DNA from: Alphaproteobacteria bacterium
Lineage (GTDB): Bacteria > Pseudomonadota > Alphaproteobacteria > UBA828
Direction: 5' to 3'
Assembly: GCA_965220745.1 (NCBI GenBank)
Contig: CBDCQT010000011.1
Coordinates: forward strand, 192,001 to 256,000
Length of the DNA: 64,000 nucleotides
Of this stretch, positions 48,016 to 62,296 are shown in pieces. The notes under the pieces were generated by a model. The model was not told the origin of the DNA, did no database searches, and saw nothing but the letters and a program-made list of their open reading frames with translations. Made by a program: the position numbers and the translations under genes. The stretch's first letter is position 1; every line of letters starts with the position of its first letter.

Positions 48016-49239
48016 ATGGCACTCATCGTTCACAAATACGGCGGCACGTCGCTGGCCGACCTCGACCGCATCAACGCCGTCGCCGACCGGGTGAAGGCGG
48101 CGTTCGATGCCGGCGACGAGATCGCGGTCGTGGTCTCTGCCATGGCCGGCACCACCGATCAGCTGGTCTCCTGGGTCCGGGCCGCGGCGCCTCTCCACGA
48201 CGCGCGGGAATACGACACGGTCGCTGCGGCGGGCGAGCAGATCACGGCAGGCCTGCTGGCGCTTGCGCTGCAGAGCCGCGGGGTCACAGCACGCTCGTGG
48301 CTGGGCTGGCAAATCCCGATCCACACCGACGGCGGACACGGACGCGCCAGAATCGAGGGGATTGAGACGGACGAGCTGCACAAGCGGCTCGGCAGACGCG
48401 AGGTGCCGGTGGTCGCGGGCTTCCAGGGCCTGGGCCCGCTCGGGCGGATCACGACGCTGGGCCGGGGCGGCACGGATACCTCGGCGGTTGCCCTCGCGGC
48501 GGCGCTGGGCGCCGACCGTTGCGACATTTTCACGGACGTGGAAGGCGTCTTTACCGCCGATCCGCGCATCGTTGCGACGGCGCGCAAGCTGACTAAGATC
48601 ACCTACGAGGAGATGCTGGAGCTCGCCTCCCTCGGCGCCAAGGTCTTGCAGATTCGTGCCGTCGAGATGGCGATGAAGCACCAGGTGCCGCTTCAGGTTG
48701 CCTCCAGCTTCGCCGATACCTCCGGAACATTCGTGGTCGATGAGGACGACATCGTGGAACAGGAGCGGGTCAGCGGGATCGCCTACAGCAGGGACGAGGC
48801 CAAGATCACGGTGATGGGGGTCGCCGACCGACCCGGCGTGGCGGCGGCCATCTTCGGGCCGCTGGCGGACGGCAACGTCAACGTCGACATGATCGTGCAG
48901 AACATCTCCGCCGACGGCACGACCGACCTCACCTTCACGGTGACAGAGGTCGATCTGGACCGCTCGATCGCGATCCTCAAGGAGACGCGGAGCGCGGTCG
49001 CCTACGAGCGGCTGGTGGCGGACCAGGGCGTGGTCAAGGTCTCGGTGATCGGCGTCGGCATGCGCAGCCATGCCGGGGTGGCCCAGACGATGTTCGCGGC
49101 GCTTGCCGAGAAGGGCATCAACATCCAGGTGATCTCGACCTCGGAGATCAAGATCAGCGTGCTGGTTTCCGAAGACTATACCGAGCTTGCCGTGCGCGCT
49201 CTCCACGCGGCCTACGGACTGGACGACCGTGAGCCCTGA
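48016..49239 (+). CDS. lysC: Aspartate kinase
   Basis: MALIVHKYGGTS, VVSAMAG, TTLGRGGTDT, TDVEGV and two ACT domains. Confidence 0.95.
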   Translation: MALIVHKYGGTSLADLDRINAVADRVKAAFDAGDEIAVVVSAMAGTTDQLVSWVRAAAPLHDAREYDTVAAAGEQITAGLLALALQSRGVTARSWLGWQIPIHTDGGHGRARIEGIETDELHKRLGRREVPVVAGFQGLGPLGRITTLGRGGTDTSAVALAAALGADRCDIFTDVEGVFTADPRIVATARKLTKITYEEMLELASLGAKVLQIRAVEMAMKHQVPLQVASSFADTSGTFVVDEDDIVEQERVSGIAYSRDEAKITVMGVADRPGVAAAIFGPLADGNVNVDMIVQNISADGTTDLTFTVTEVDLDRSIAILKETRSAVAYERLVADQGVVKVSVIGVGMRSHAGVAQTMFAALAEKGINIQVISTSEIKISVLVSEDYTELAVRALHAAYGLDDREP

Positions 49240-49256
49240 AGCGGGGCGCCCGGTCG

Positions 49257-50348
49257 ATGACTGAAGCGCGCGAGAGCGCGCTCCAGCGGCTCGATGCCTA
49301 CTGGGCGCGGGGGCGTGCGTTCCTCGGCACCCGCTACGCGCTCATGGGCGGGGCGATGTCGTGGGTCTCCGAGCGGAACTTGGTGGCCGCCATCTCCAAC
49401 GCCGGCGGCTTCGGTGTGGTGGCCTGCGGCTCGCTGGCTCCGGATCAGCTCGCGGCGGAGATCGACGGGGTCTACGAGCGCTGCGACAAGCCCTTCGGGG
49501 TCAACATCATCGTCATGCACCCGGAGCTCGACGCCCTCGTCGCGACCTGCGTCGAACGGCGCGTGGGCCACGTGGTGCTGGCCGGCGGCCTGCCGCCCAG
49601 GCGGACCGTCGAGACGCTGAAGCAAGCCGGCACCCGCATCGTCGCCTTCGCATCGACGCTGCCGCTCGCCTGCAGGCTCGCCAAGCAGGGCATCGACGCG
49701 ATCATCATCGAGGGCATGGAGGCGGGCGGGCATATCGGGCCGGTCTCCACCAACGTGCTCGCCCAGGAGGTGCTGCCCCATTTCGACGAGGTGCCGGTCT
49801 TCGTCGGCGGCGGCATCGGGCGGGGCGATGCAGTCGCGCTCTATCTCGCAATGGGGGCGGCCGGTTGCCAGCTCGGTACGCGCTTCGTCTGCGCGACGGA
49901 ATCCATCGCCCATCCGCGCTTCAAGCAGGCGATGATCCGCGCGAATGCCCGCGATGCGCGGCTCTCGGTGCAGGTGGACCCCGATTTTCCCGTAATTCCG
50001 GTGCGCGCCGTCGCCAACAAAGCGACGGAGCGATTCGAGGCGTTTCAACGGGAGACCATCGCGCGCTATCGCCAGGGCGAGATGGAACTCGCCGAGGCTC
50101 GGCTCGCCATCGAGCACTTCTGGGCCGGTGCGCTGCGCCGGGCCGCGATCGAAGGCGACGTCGAAGACGGTTCTCTGATGGCCGGCCAAAGCGTCGGCAT
50201 GGTGACATCGGAGCAGTCGACAAGCGAGATTGTCGCTGAACTGTTGGACCAGGCAGTAAATGCGCTCGCTCTCAGCGCCGAACGTGGAGCCGCGGGCCTT
50301 GCTGACGGTAATCGACCGGCGCATCGTCCTCTACCCGCCAGTGCATAA
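49257..50348 (+). CDS. Nitronate monooxygenase / FabK-like flavin oxidoreductase
   Basis: GGAMSWVSE, EGMEAGGHIG, GCQLGTRF, GSLMAGQSVG. Confidence 0.88.
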   Translation: MTEARESALQRLDAYWARGRAFLGTRYALMGGAMSWVSERNLVAAISNAGGFGVVACGSLAPDQLAAEIDGVYERCDKPFGVNIIVMHPELDALVATCVERRVGHVVLAGGLPPRRTVETLKQAGTRIVAFASTLPLACRLAKQGIDAIIIEGMEAGGHIGPVSTNVLAQEVLPHFDEVPVFVGGGIGRGDAVALYLAMGAAGCQLGTRFVCATESIAHPRFKQAMIRANARDARLSVQVDPDFPVIPVRAVANKATERFEAFQRETIARYRQGEMELAEARLAIEHFWAGALRRAAIEGDVEDGSLMAGQSVGMVTSEQSTSEIVAELLDQAVNALALSAERGAAGLADGNRPAHRPLPASA

Positions 50349-50599
50349 CAGCAGCTTTACAATGCGTAAGTCTATGATTGCGCAGGATGACGGCCGATGA
50401 TAACATCGTGGGCCTGGCTGTTAGTAACGGGGGACGGCTGATCGGGTCGCAGTCTTCTAGCGTCAGAAGAATAACTGGCGAAATGAGGCGGTGACGCGAA
50501 CACAATATGGAGCGTATTGGACGTTCGCAAACGGGTGTCTGAGCGCGCATCGCCGGCTGGGAGGGCGGCGTTCGTGCTCGCTGTTGCGGGACGTGAGTC

Positions 50600-52162
50600 A
50601 TGAAGGAACCTCTGCGGGTGCCGTTCGAAGCATCCGAGTCTGATCTGGCCGGTCCGCGACTCGTTCACGAGACGGGCCGCGACGACCCACATGCCCTCCC
50701 GAGCTTTTGCGAAGAGTTGCGGGAAGCGCGGACTAGGGGCGGCTATAGCGTGGCCGACGCCGCCCACGTGTTGCGCATTCAGGAGCACTATCTTGAAGCG
50801 CTTGAGGAAGGTCGCTTCGACCAAATCCCCGGCACCACTTATACAATAGGGTTCTTGCGCAGCTATTCGGGCTTTCTCGGGCTCGATCCAGACGAGATCG
50901 TCGACGCTTTCAAACGCGAGCAAGGGCTCGAAAAGAGCGAGCAGAGGCTGGCTTTTCCGTCGCCCACCGACAGCAGCCCCAAACCCAAATTCTGGCTCAT
51001 CCTCCTCGTGCTAGTGCTGGCGGGCCTCGCCTACGGCGGCTGGCAATATCAGTCGACCGGTGGACAGATTGCGACTGATCTCGTCGACGACGTTTCGACC
51101 CGGCTGACCGAGGCGGTGGGCCTGAGCGAGACCGTCACTACCGAGGAGACGGCCACCGCGAGCCAGACAACGACCGCTACGGCCGATACCACGCCTGCGG
51201 CCGAGCCCGCCGCGACCGCCGAAGCGGTTGTCGAGGAGGCGACGCCCGCGCCGGCGGAACCTGCATCGACGGCGGTGGTCGAGCCGCCTCCCGCTCCCTC
51301 CGCGGTACGGCAGGAAGAGCCTGCAACGGTAGATCCCGCTCCGGCGGAGCCCGCCGCCACGGACATCGCCGAGGGAGGTCTCGTCCCGGCGGCCGAAGTG
51401 TGGGACGAGTCCGGGCCGGCTGAGGCGACGGAGGTGGCCGCGCTTCAGGGGTCGCAGCCGGAGGACGCACAGGCCCCGCTGTCACCTGCCACGGTCGAAG
51501 CGACGCCTGAGCCGACAGCGCAGACCGAGCCTGCTCCGGTGGCCGAGGTGACCGCGCCGAGCGAGCCGGCCGTCGCGCCTGCGGAAATGCCCGATCGTGG
51601 TACGCCGATCGCGGCCCCGCTTGATCTCGCGATCGTCGCCACTGGTGGGACGAGCAGCCCCGCGACCGGCACTGACGAAGCTGCAGCGGGAGACGGCGCG
51701 TCGACCAGCAACGCTGAGGCTGCCGACGCCGATGTCATCGTGACCGCCGGGCTCGAACCTGCATCGCCCGAGCCGACAGTCGAGGCAGCGCCGGAGCAGA
51801 CCGCCCCGCCCGCGACTCCGGCGGCGGCGGAGCCCGAACTGCCGGTGGATACCGGCTACGTTCCCAAGGTTTACGGGCGAAGCAATCTCGACGCTCGCGT
51901 GATCATAACGGCGATCGACGATAGCTGGGTCCAGGTCCAGGGGCCGGACAACGAGCTGCTGCTGACACGGATCCTGCACGCGGGCGATACGTACCGTGTG
52001 CCCGACAGGCCTGGTCTGCTCATGGTGACCGGCAACGCCGGCGGCCTTGAGATTCAGGTCGATAACGCCCCGGCGCCGGCGCTTGGTCCGCTCGGCGTGG
52101 TCATTCGGAATATCGCGCTCGACCCGGATCGCCTCCTGGCCGGCACCGCCATCGGCGGGTAG
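50600..52162 (+). CDS. rodZ: RodZ-like protein (HTH, TM helix, long acidic linker, DUF4115-type domain)
   Basis: LREAR...LRI...YLEALEEG...GFLRSY HTH, a TM segment, and C-terminal SWVQV...GNAGGL. Confidence 0.82.
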   Translation: MKEPLRVPFEASESDLAGPRLVHETGRDDPHALPSFCEELREARTRGGYSVADAAHVLRIQEHYLEALEEGRFDQIPGTTYTIGFLRSYSGFLGLDPDEIVDAFKREQGLEKSEQRLAFPSPTDSSPKPKFWLILLVLVLAGLAYGGWQYQSTGGQIATDLVDDVSTRLTEAVGLSETVTTEETATASQTTTATADTTPAAEPAATAEAVVEEATPAPAEPASTAVVEPPPAPSAVRQEEPATVDPAPAEPAATDIAEGGLVPAAEVWDESGPAEATEVAALQGSQPEDAQAPLSPATVEATPEPTAQTEPAPVAEVTAPSEPAVAPAEMPDRGTPIAAPLDLAIVATGGTSSPATGTDEAAAGDGASTSNAEAADADVIVTAGLEPASPEPTVEAAPEQTAPPATPAAAEPELPVDTGYVPKVYGRSNLDARVIITAIDDSWVQVQGPDNELLLTRILHAGDTYRVPDRPGLLMVTGNAGGLEIQVDNAPAPALGPLGVVIRNIALDPDRLLAGTAIGG

Positions 52163-52267
52163 GCGCGCGGAGCGGCACCTGCCGCTTGCCGCGACAGCCG
52201 AAACGAGTCACTAAACTCGCCACCGTCACGCCGGGAGCAGCACCGGCACCGTTCGGGAACCCAGACA

Positions 52268-53529
52268 GTGCGTAGAATTCAGCCGGTTCGTGGAACGCAC
52301 GACCTCGCGGCGGGCGAGATGCGCCGCCACCGCCACGTCATCGAGCACGCCCGCGCGCTTGCTGCCCGCTACGGGTTTGCCGAGGTGGCGACGCCGATCT
52401 TCGAGTTCAGCGACGTGTTCCGGCGTACTCTCGGCGATACCTCGGACATCGTGACCAAGGAGATGTACACCTTCACCGACCGCGGCGGGTCCGAATTGAC
52501 TTTACGGCCCGAGAACACGGCGGGCGTCGCGCGCGCGGTGATCGGCGGCACCTTCGGTGAGCGCCGGCCGTTCAAGTGCTTCTACGCCGGGCCGATGTTC
52601 CGCTACGAGAGGCCGCAGAAGGGCCGGCTGCGCCAATTCCATCAGATCGGCGTCGAGCTGATCGGCGCTCCCGAACCGCTCGCCGATATCGAGGTGATCG
52701 CGCTCGGCGCGCATTTGCTTGAGGCGCTCGGCGTGCTCGACCAGGTCACGCTGGAGATCAACACGCTCGCCGACGAGGCCAGCCGACGCGCCTACCGGGC
52801 AGCGCTCGTCGCTTACCTCGAGGCTCACGAGGATTCATTGTCGGAGGAGAGCAGGCAGCGGCTCCAGCGTAATCCGCTGCGCGTCCTCGATTCCAAGGAC
52901 AAGGGCGATAAGGCCGTGCTGACGGACGCACCTGAAATCGATGCGCACTTGAGCCCGGAGGCCGCAGCGTTCTTCGACGGCGTTTGCGAAGGGCTCAGCG
53001 GGCTCGGAATCGCCTTCACCCGCAACCCCCGCCTTGTGCGTGGCCTCGACTACTACTGCCACACGGCCTTCGAGTTCACGACCGAGGCGCTCGGCGCCCA
53101 GGGTGCAGTGCTCGCCGGCGGCCGTTACGACGGGCTGGTGGAGACGATGGGCGGGCCGCCAACGCCCGGCGTCGGCTGGGCCGGCGGCATCGAGCGGCTC
53201 GCCGCCCTGGTGGAGGAGACCGTGGGCGACGTGGCGGCGGCGCCCCGGCCCATCGCCATCGTGCCCCTCGGCGCGCGGGCCGAGGCCGCCGCGCTCGGGC
53301 TCGCACAGCGTCTCCGCCACGAGGGCTTCGCGGTGGAGCTGACCTATCGCGGCTCGCTCTCGAAGCGGCTCAAGCGGGCCGATCAGGCGCGCGCCGCGGC
53401 GGCAGTCATTCTTGGCGACGACGAGATGGAGCGCGGCGTGGCCACGGTTCGCGATCTCGACACTGGCGCGCAGGTCGAGGCGCCTGAAGCCGAGCTCGGC
53501 ACGCACCTCGTCCGCTACGCGCCCGGCCG

Positions 53530-53533
<4 letters not shown>
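52268..53533 (+). CDS. hisS: Histidine--tRNA ligase
   Basis: [50 protein letters not shown]. Confidence 0.96.
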
Positions 53534-54614
<1,081 letters not shown>

Positions 54615-54618
<4 letters not shown>

Positions 54619-55490
54619 GTGGGGCTGCGGCGAGCCGGGCGGAGGCGCTCGGTGCTGCTACCGAGATGTTGCGGGCAGCAGGCGTCGATGCGCCGCGTCG
54701 CGATGCCCGCCTGCTGATGCAACACGCGCTGGGGCTCACGCCCGAGGCGTTGCTCGCGGACGACCATCTGCCGCTCGGCGAGAGGGAGGCCCGGCGGCTG
54801 GCGGCGCTCGTCCGCCATCGCGCGGCGCGCGAGCCGATCGCCTATCTCACCGGCAGGCGCGAGTTCTGGAGTCTCGACTTCGCGGTCGACAGTTCCGCGC
54901 TGGTGCCGCGTCCGGAGAGCGAGACCCTGGTGGAGGCGGTGCTGGCGCGCGCGGCGCGGCTCCCGGCCCGCCCGCGGTTGCTCGACCTCGGCACCGGCAC
55001 GGGCTGCCTGCTGGTCGCGCTCCTCACCGAACTTCCCGGCGCGGTCGGCCTCGGCATCGATGTCAGCGGCGCCGCTGTTTCGCTCGCGCGGTGCAACGCT
55101 TATCACCACGGTCTCGGCAAACGGGCCTCCTTCGCCGTTGCCGATTGGGGCGCACCACTCGCCGCACGCTTCGATATCGTGGTGAGCAATCCGCCCTATG
55201 TGGCAGCGCGGGAGCTGGCATCGCTCGCGCCGGAAATTGCCCGCCACGAGCCGCGGACGGCGCTCGCTGGCGGCGCAGACGGGTACGAAAGTTACCGGCG
55301 GCTTGCACCGCAAGTCGCGCAACTCCTGGCGCCAAGAGGGCTGGCTGCGATCGAGCTCGGTGCGGGGATGGCGGATGAAGTCGAGTTGTTGTTTGTTGCA
55401 TCCGGACTCGTAGAAATCGGCCGTCGGCGTGACCTCGCCGGCATCGAGCGCTGTGCGCTGTTTGTCCGCGATATCGACGCCGGACTCTGA
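54615..55490 (+). CDS. prmC: Release factor glutamine methyltransferase
   Basis: [29 protein letters not shown]. Overlaps the prfA stop. Confidence 0.95.
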
Positions 55491-55706
55491 TCCGAAGAGG
55501 ACTTAATTTTGTCGTCGGAACATGCCGGCTTGGAAAAAAGTTGTTGCAAACTGCGCACATATGGGTAGGGTTCGCGGGACTCGCGAACCTTGACCGGATG
55601 GACGGTCTCGCAGAGTTCCTCAGCGAAAGAAGCTGGCAAGCGTGCTTGGACGCAACGGAGTCGGAGCACGGCTTGTGGACGCCGACTAGGGGAGAAGGCG
55701 ATTCGC

Positions 55707-56156
55707 ATGAAGGGTCCCAACAACAAGCGCCCGCGCGGGTATAGGGGCAACGGACGACGCCCTGGTTTTCACGGGCGTGGCTCGACCTTCGAGAGCAATG
55801 GTCCCGAAGGAAAGATCCGCGGAACCGCGTTCCAGGTGATCGAGAAATACCAGGCGTTGGCGCAGGACGCGCTCTCGTCGGGAGACCGAATCGGCGCCGA
55901 AAATTTCTTCCAGCATGCCGAGCATTATTACCGTGTTGTTGCAGCCAATGGCTGGGATCAGCGCGGGCAACGCCAGCACGGTCAGCAGCCTCAACATTCG
56001 CAGCAACAGCCGCAACCTCAGCAGCGCGTCGAGCCCGAGAAAAACTCGGGCGGAGCGCAGGAACAGGCGGCAAGCGCCGAGCCTCAGACCCAGGCGACGG
56101 CGAGCGAGGAAGCACCGGCGGACGCAACCGAGGAGCGCGCGCCCCAGGCTTCCTAA
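55707..56156 (+). CDS. DUF4167 domain protein
   Basis: FESNGPEGKIRGTA...EKYQALAQDA...GDRIGAENFFQHAEHYYR. Confidence 0.9.
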   Translation: MKGPNNKRPRGYRGNGRRPGFHGRGSTFESNGPEGKIRGTAFQVIEKYQALAQDALSSGDRIGAENFFQHAEHYYRVVAANGWDQRGQRQHGQQPQHSQQQPQPQQRVEPEKNSGGAQEQAASAEPQTQATASEEAPADATEERAPQAS

Positions 56157-56277
56157 TCCGGGCGCCAGACCCTACCCAATCCTTTTCAGGTAAGTTTTTC
56201 CAAGTCGGCGGGCCCACGCGGCGCGTGTTTTACGCGCGCGGACACGTGATGTGTAAGGGATGGCAAGAGGGGCCACC

Positions 56278-56305
56278 CTTGCCGCGCCGCCTCGACACCC
56301 CATAT
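56278..56305 (+). promoter_or_regulatory. RpoH (sigma32)-type promoter of clpB
   Basis: CTTGcc-N14-CCCCATAT upstream of a heat-shock chaperone gene. Confidence 0.72.
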
Positions 56306-56414
56306 AGGGAACGGTTGCTCAGCGACCCGGCATCCGGCTGCGGGCCTCGTTCGAGGCCATGAGAGTGCGACCGTATTCGGCTCTCGTCAGCGGATGGCCA
56401 ACGAGGGATGACAC

Positions 56415-59018
<2,604 letters not shown>

Positions 59019-59112
59019 CGGGAGGCGCGGGTCGCGCGCCTTCATTCCCGGGTGGCCAGGAGGATAGCGAGAACGTTGTACGGCCCTGGACGGGCCGACG
59101 ACCAGGGATGGT

Positions 59113-62112
59113 TTAGCGCTGGGCGACGCGCGTGACCGCCGGCACCTCGGCGAGCAGGACCATGATCTTCTGCACCTGCGCCTGAAACTCTGCCAACTCG
59201 CGGCCCTTCAGCTTGCGGCCGGAGGGCAGCTTGAGCGTCATCGGGTTGATCCGCTTGTTGCCCACCATCACCTCGTAGTGGAGGTGCGGTCCAGTCGACA
59301 TGCCGGTGGAGCCGACGTAGCCGATGACCTGCCCCTGACGCACGCGTTTGCCCCTCTTCATGCCCTTCGCGAAGCCGCTCAGGTGGGCATAGCCGGTGCT
59401 GTAGGTACCGTTGTGCCGGATACGGATGTATTTGCCGTAGTTGCCATAGCGGCCGATCATGGAAATCTTGCCGTCGCCTCCGGCGTAAATTGGCGTGCCC
59501 GTGGGCGCCGCGAAATCGACCCCCAGGTGCTTCTTGTTGTAGCCAAGGATCGGGTGTCTGCGCATGCCGTAGGCCGACGAGAGCCGGGCGCCGTTGATCG
59601 GCGTGCGCATCAGGGCCTTGCGCACGCTGGCGCCTTGAGCGTCGATGTAGTCCGCTGGCCCTTCCCCCGGTTCGTAGCGGAAGAGCTCGACCTCACGCTC
59701 GCCCACTTCCAGGTTCGCGTAGAGGATGGGACCGTTCTCCACGAACTCGCCCGCCCTGTTGAAGACTGCTTCGTAGAGGACCTCAAACCGGTCGCCTGGT
59801 TGGATATCCCACTGGAAGTCCACGTCGAAGCTGAAGATGTGCACCATCTCCATGAGCACTTGGTTCGGCATTCCTGCGGCGAGAGCGGAGACATAGAGAC
59901 TGGAATCGATCGTTCCGACTGTCCGCTGCAGGACGCGGTCGAGCGGCCTGTCAACCACGCTGGGCAGGAAGATGCCGTCATTGCTGCGGGTCACCACGAC
60001 GTCACGATCCGCCGCCACGTCGAGAGCAAGCGAGGCCAGCCGAGGAGCGCCGCTCGACCCGTTCTCCGGATCGAACGCCAGGGAGAGCGTCTGGCCGATC
60101 CGTAACTTGCGTGGATTGTGTACCTTGCGGAAGGCCACGATCGCGGCTTCCGCCTCCTCGCGCGTGCCGCCGGCCCGTGTCAGTGCTTTCGACAGCGTGT
60201 CGCCACGGCCAATGACCACCGCCTTGCGCACCAGGCCGTCGTCTCCGTCGAGCGGGGCGGCGGCGAGATCGCTGAAAGCACCGTTGATGGTGCCCTTGAT
60301 GACGGGAAGGACAATCCCGTTGACGGCACCACTTTGGGGATCCGCCGCGCCTTGCGGCTCAAGGCTGGAGGAGACGGTGGCGATCGGCGCAGCGGCGGCG
60401 ACGAAGGCGCCGGTCATCACCTGGCCGCGATGGGTCACCCTTGCCCGCTCGCGCTGCGGCTTGTCCTTGGGCGGCGTGGCGACTGTGGCAGTGCGCGTGA
60501 GCGGGGCGGCCATGAGCCCGAGCCGATCGACCTCTGCCGCGTCGAAGTAACCGCTCGCGACACGGCTCACCTTGACATAGCGGTCGTCGCCAACCCGCAA
60601 TGCAACGGCCTTAAGGGTATCGGCGCCGGTCTCGTCGACGCCGGTGACCAGGGTGATTTCCTGCCCGATGCTGAGCCGCCTGAGGTTGAACAGCTTGCGG
60701 GCCGCCTGAATGGCGCGGTCGGCCTCCACACGGTCGATCCCGTGCCGCCGCAGAATCGCCATGAGCGTATCGCCCGAGCGCACCGTGATGCGTGTTGCGG
60801 ACGGCGGCAGGGTATCGTCTGGCGCGGCAGGCGCTGCAATCGGCGTCGTCCGGTCTACCTCGGCGGCGGCGGCCACCGCGCGCGGTTGGGCAGGCGTCGG
60901 CGGCTCCGTCGTGATGCGGCTGGAGAAACGTCCTTTCTCCTCGCGCTCCACCACGATGTGCCGGCCTTTCGGGAGCTCGATGTCAAGCAAAGCGACGCGT
61001 GGCTCGAAGCCTTCCACCGGTATCTTGGCTACACGCACGGTAACGCCAGCAGGAAGGCGCCGCGGGTTGAACACGCGGCGCAGGCTCCGCACGATGGCAT
61101 CCGCCTCGGGTCTGCGCACATCCGCGTCGAGGAGCAAATCCATCAACGTGCTGCCCGACCGCAAGGTGCGGTTCAGCTCAATGAGCTCGGGCTCGACAGG
61201 GTGCTGGGGACCATCGTAACGCGCGGTGTCGGCGCTGATCTGATCGGCGTCCGCAGGAGCGGTGTCGACAGTCTTGGGCGCCGGCTTTCGCGGCGGCGCT
61301 ATGGCGACGTCAGCCAGCTCCAGCTGCACCGCAGCCTCGTCCGCCGCAGACACTGGAGCGAGCGTTAGCCCTGCGGTGCGGAGCGCGTCGGCGGTGGTGC
61401 GGCGTGCGGCGAAACCACCGCCATCGCTGCGGACGACCGCCACTGCCATGTCGTCGTCGATGTGGAGCGCGACGCCGCGCAGCAGGGGTGCGCCATTCTC
61501 GTCGCGCCCAGCCACGACTGTGAGGGTGTGGCCTGGCATCAGATTGCGTGGGTCGAAGGCTGCACGCAATGCGCTCACGACGGCGTCCACGGTCACGGCG
61601 TCGACGCCGTGGCGTTGCAGAATGCCCGCGATCGTCTGATTGCGCCGCACGGTCACGGTGCGGCCGTCGCGCTCGAACGCCACTTCGGACAGAGGGACGG
61701 GCTGAGTGAGGGGAACGGTGGTGCGGCGCGCCCTGTACCCGTCTTTCTCGGTGCGGGTAGCTTCGACGTATCGACCGGGCCGCGTCTCGACGCTGACCGC
61801 AACCGGAATGCGCCGACGCTCGCCCTCCGCCTTGAACAGAAGCCGCACCTCGCGGCCGACCGACATGCGCCGCAGGTTGGTTTGCTTCTGAAGTGCCTTG
61901 CTGATCCGGTCGACGTCGACGGCGCGTACGCCGGCCCTGGTAAGCAAGACGGACAGGCTGTCGCCGCGTCCGAGCCTGAGGGTCTCCAGCTCGGTCTCGA
62001 CCTCTGCCGCAGCGATTGCCGTCTGCATTGGCGCGGGCAAGACCATGGCAACCGCCGCGATCAATGCGAGCGCTGCAAGTCGGCCCATCCAACGGCGAGA
62101 CTGGCGATCCAT
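59113..62112 (-). CDS. M23 family peptidoglycan DD-metalloendopeptidase with five repeated LysM/OapA-like modules
   Basis: C-terminal HLGVD (HxxxD), YAHL and STGPHLHYE. N-terminal hydrophobic segment. ATG 62112 follows GGAG. Confidence 0.9.
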   Translation of the reverse strand: MDRQSRRWMGRLAALALIAAVAMVLPAPMQTAIAAAEVETELETLRLGRGDSLSVLLTRAGVRAVDVDRISKALQKQTNLRRMSVGREVRLLFKAEGERRRIPVAVSVETRPGRYVEATRTEKDGYRARRTTVPLTQPVPLSEVAFERDGRTVTVRRNQTIAGILQRHGVDAVTVDAVVSALRAAFDPRNLMPGHTLTVVAGRDENGAPLLRGVALHIDDDMAVAVVRSDGGGFAARRTTADALRTAGLTLAPVSAADEAAVQLELADVAIAPPRKPAPKTVDTAPADADQISADTARYDGPQHPVEPELIELNRTLRSGSTLMDLLLDADVRRPEADAIVRSLRRVFNPRRLPAGVTVRVAKIPVEGFEPRVALLDIELPKGRHIVVEREEKGRFSSRITTEPPTPAQPRAVAAAAEVDRTTPIAAPAAPDDTLPPSATRITVRSGDTLMAILRRHGIDRVEADRAIQAARKLFNLRRLSIGQEITLVTGVDETGADTLKAVALRVGDDRYVKVSRVASGYFDAAEVDRLGLMAAPLTRTATVATPPKDKPQRERARVTHRGQVMTGAFVAAAAPIATVSSSLEPQGAADPQSGAVNGIVLPVIKGTINGAFSDLAAAPLDGDDGLVRKAVVIGRGDTLSKALTRAGGTREEAEAAIVAFRKVHNPRKLRIGQTLSLAFDPENGSSGAPRLASLALDVAADRDVVVTRSNDGIFLPSVVDRPLDRVLQRTVGTIDSSLYVSALAAGMPNQVLMEMVHIFSFDVDFQWDIQPGDRFEVLYEAVFNRAGEFVENGPILYANLEVGEREVELFRYEPGEGPADYIDAQGASVRKALMRTPINGARLSSAYGMRRHPILGYNKKHLGVDFAAPTGTPIYAGGDGKISMIGRYGNYGKYIRIRHNGTYSTGYAHLSGFAKGMKRGKRVRQGQVIGYVGSTGMSTGPHLHYEVMVGNKRINPMTLKLPSGRKLKGRELAEFQAQVQKIMVLLAEVPAVTRVAQR

Positions 62113-62296
62113 ACTCCGAATCAATCGGTGAACCACGCGCGTACCCGTCGATTCATTGGTCGGAATCGGCAAACGACTACTGACCCTGATGGCGCAAGGG
62201 CGTCATGTCAATCGTTGCGTGAGCGACATGACCCGAAAAATACCTTGCAATTCGGCACGGTATGCCCTGTCGGCACACACCCTAGGTCCAGGCGGC

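Noticed and set aside
50344-50360. CtrA-like ATAA-N7-TTTA site upstream of rodZ
   Set aside because: Both half-sites mismatch TTAA, which is too weak to call without comparative data.
51100-51850. Low-complexity Ala/Pro/Glu/Thr region in RodZ
   Set aside because: Disordered periplasmic linkers are normal for RodZ, and there are no exact repeats.
55491-55706. Hairpin-containing leader upstream of DUF4167 considered as a riboswitch or ncRNA
   Set aside because: One hairpin (GGTTCGCG...CGCGAACC) is visible, but I recognise no aptamer consensus. An Rfam scan would be needed.
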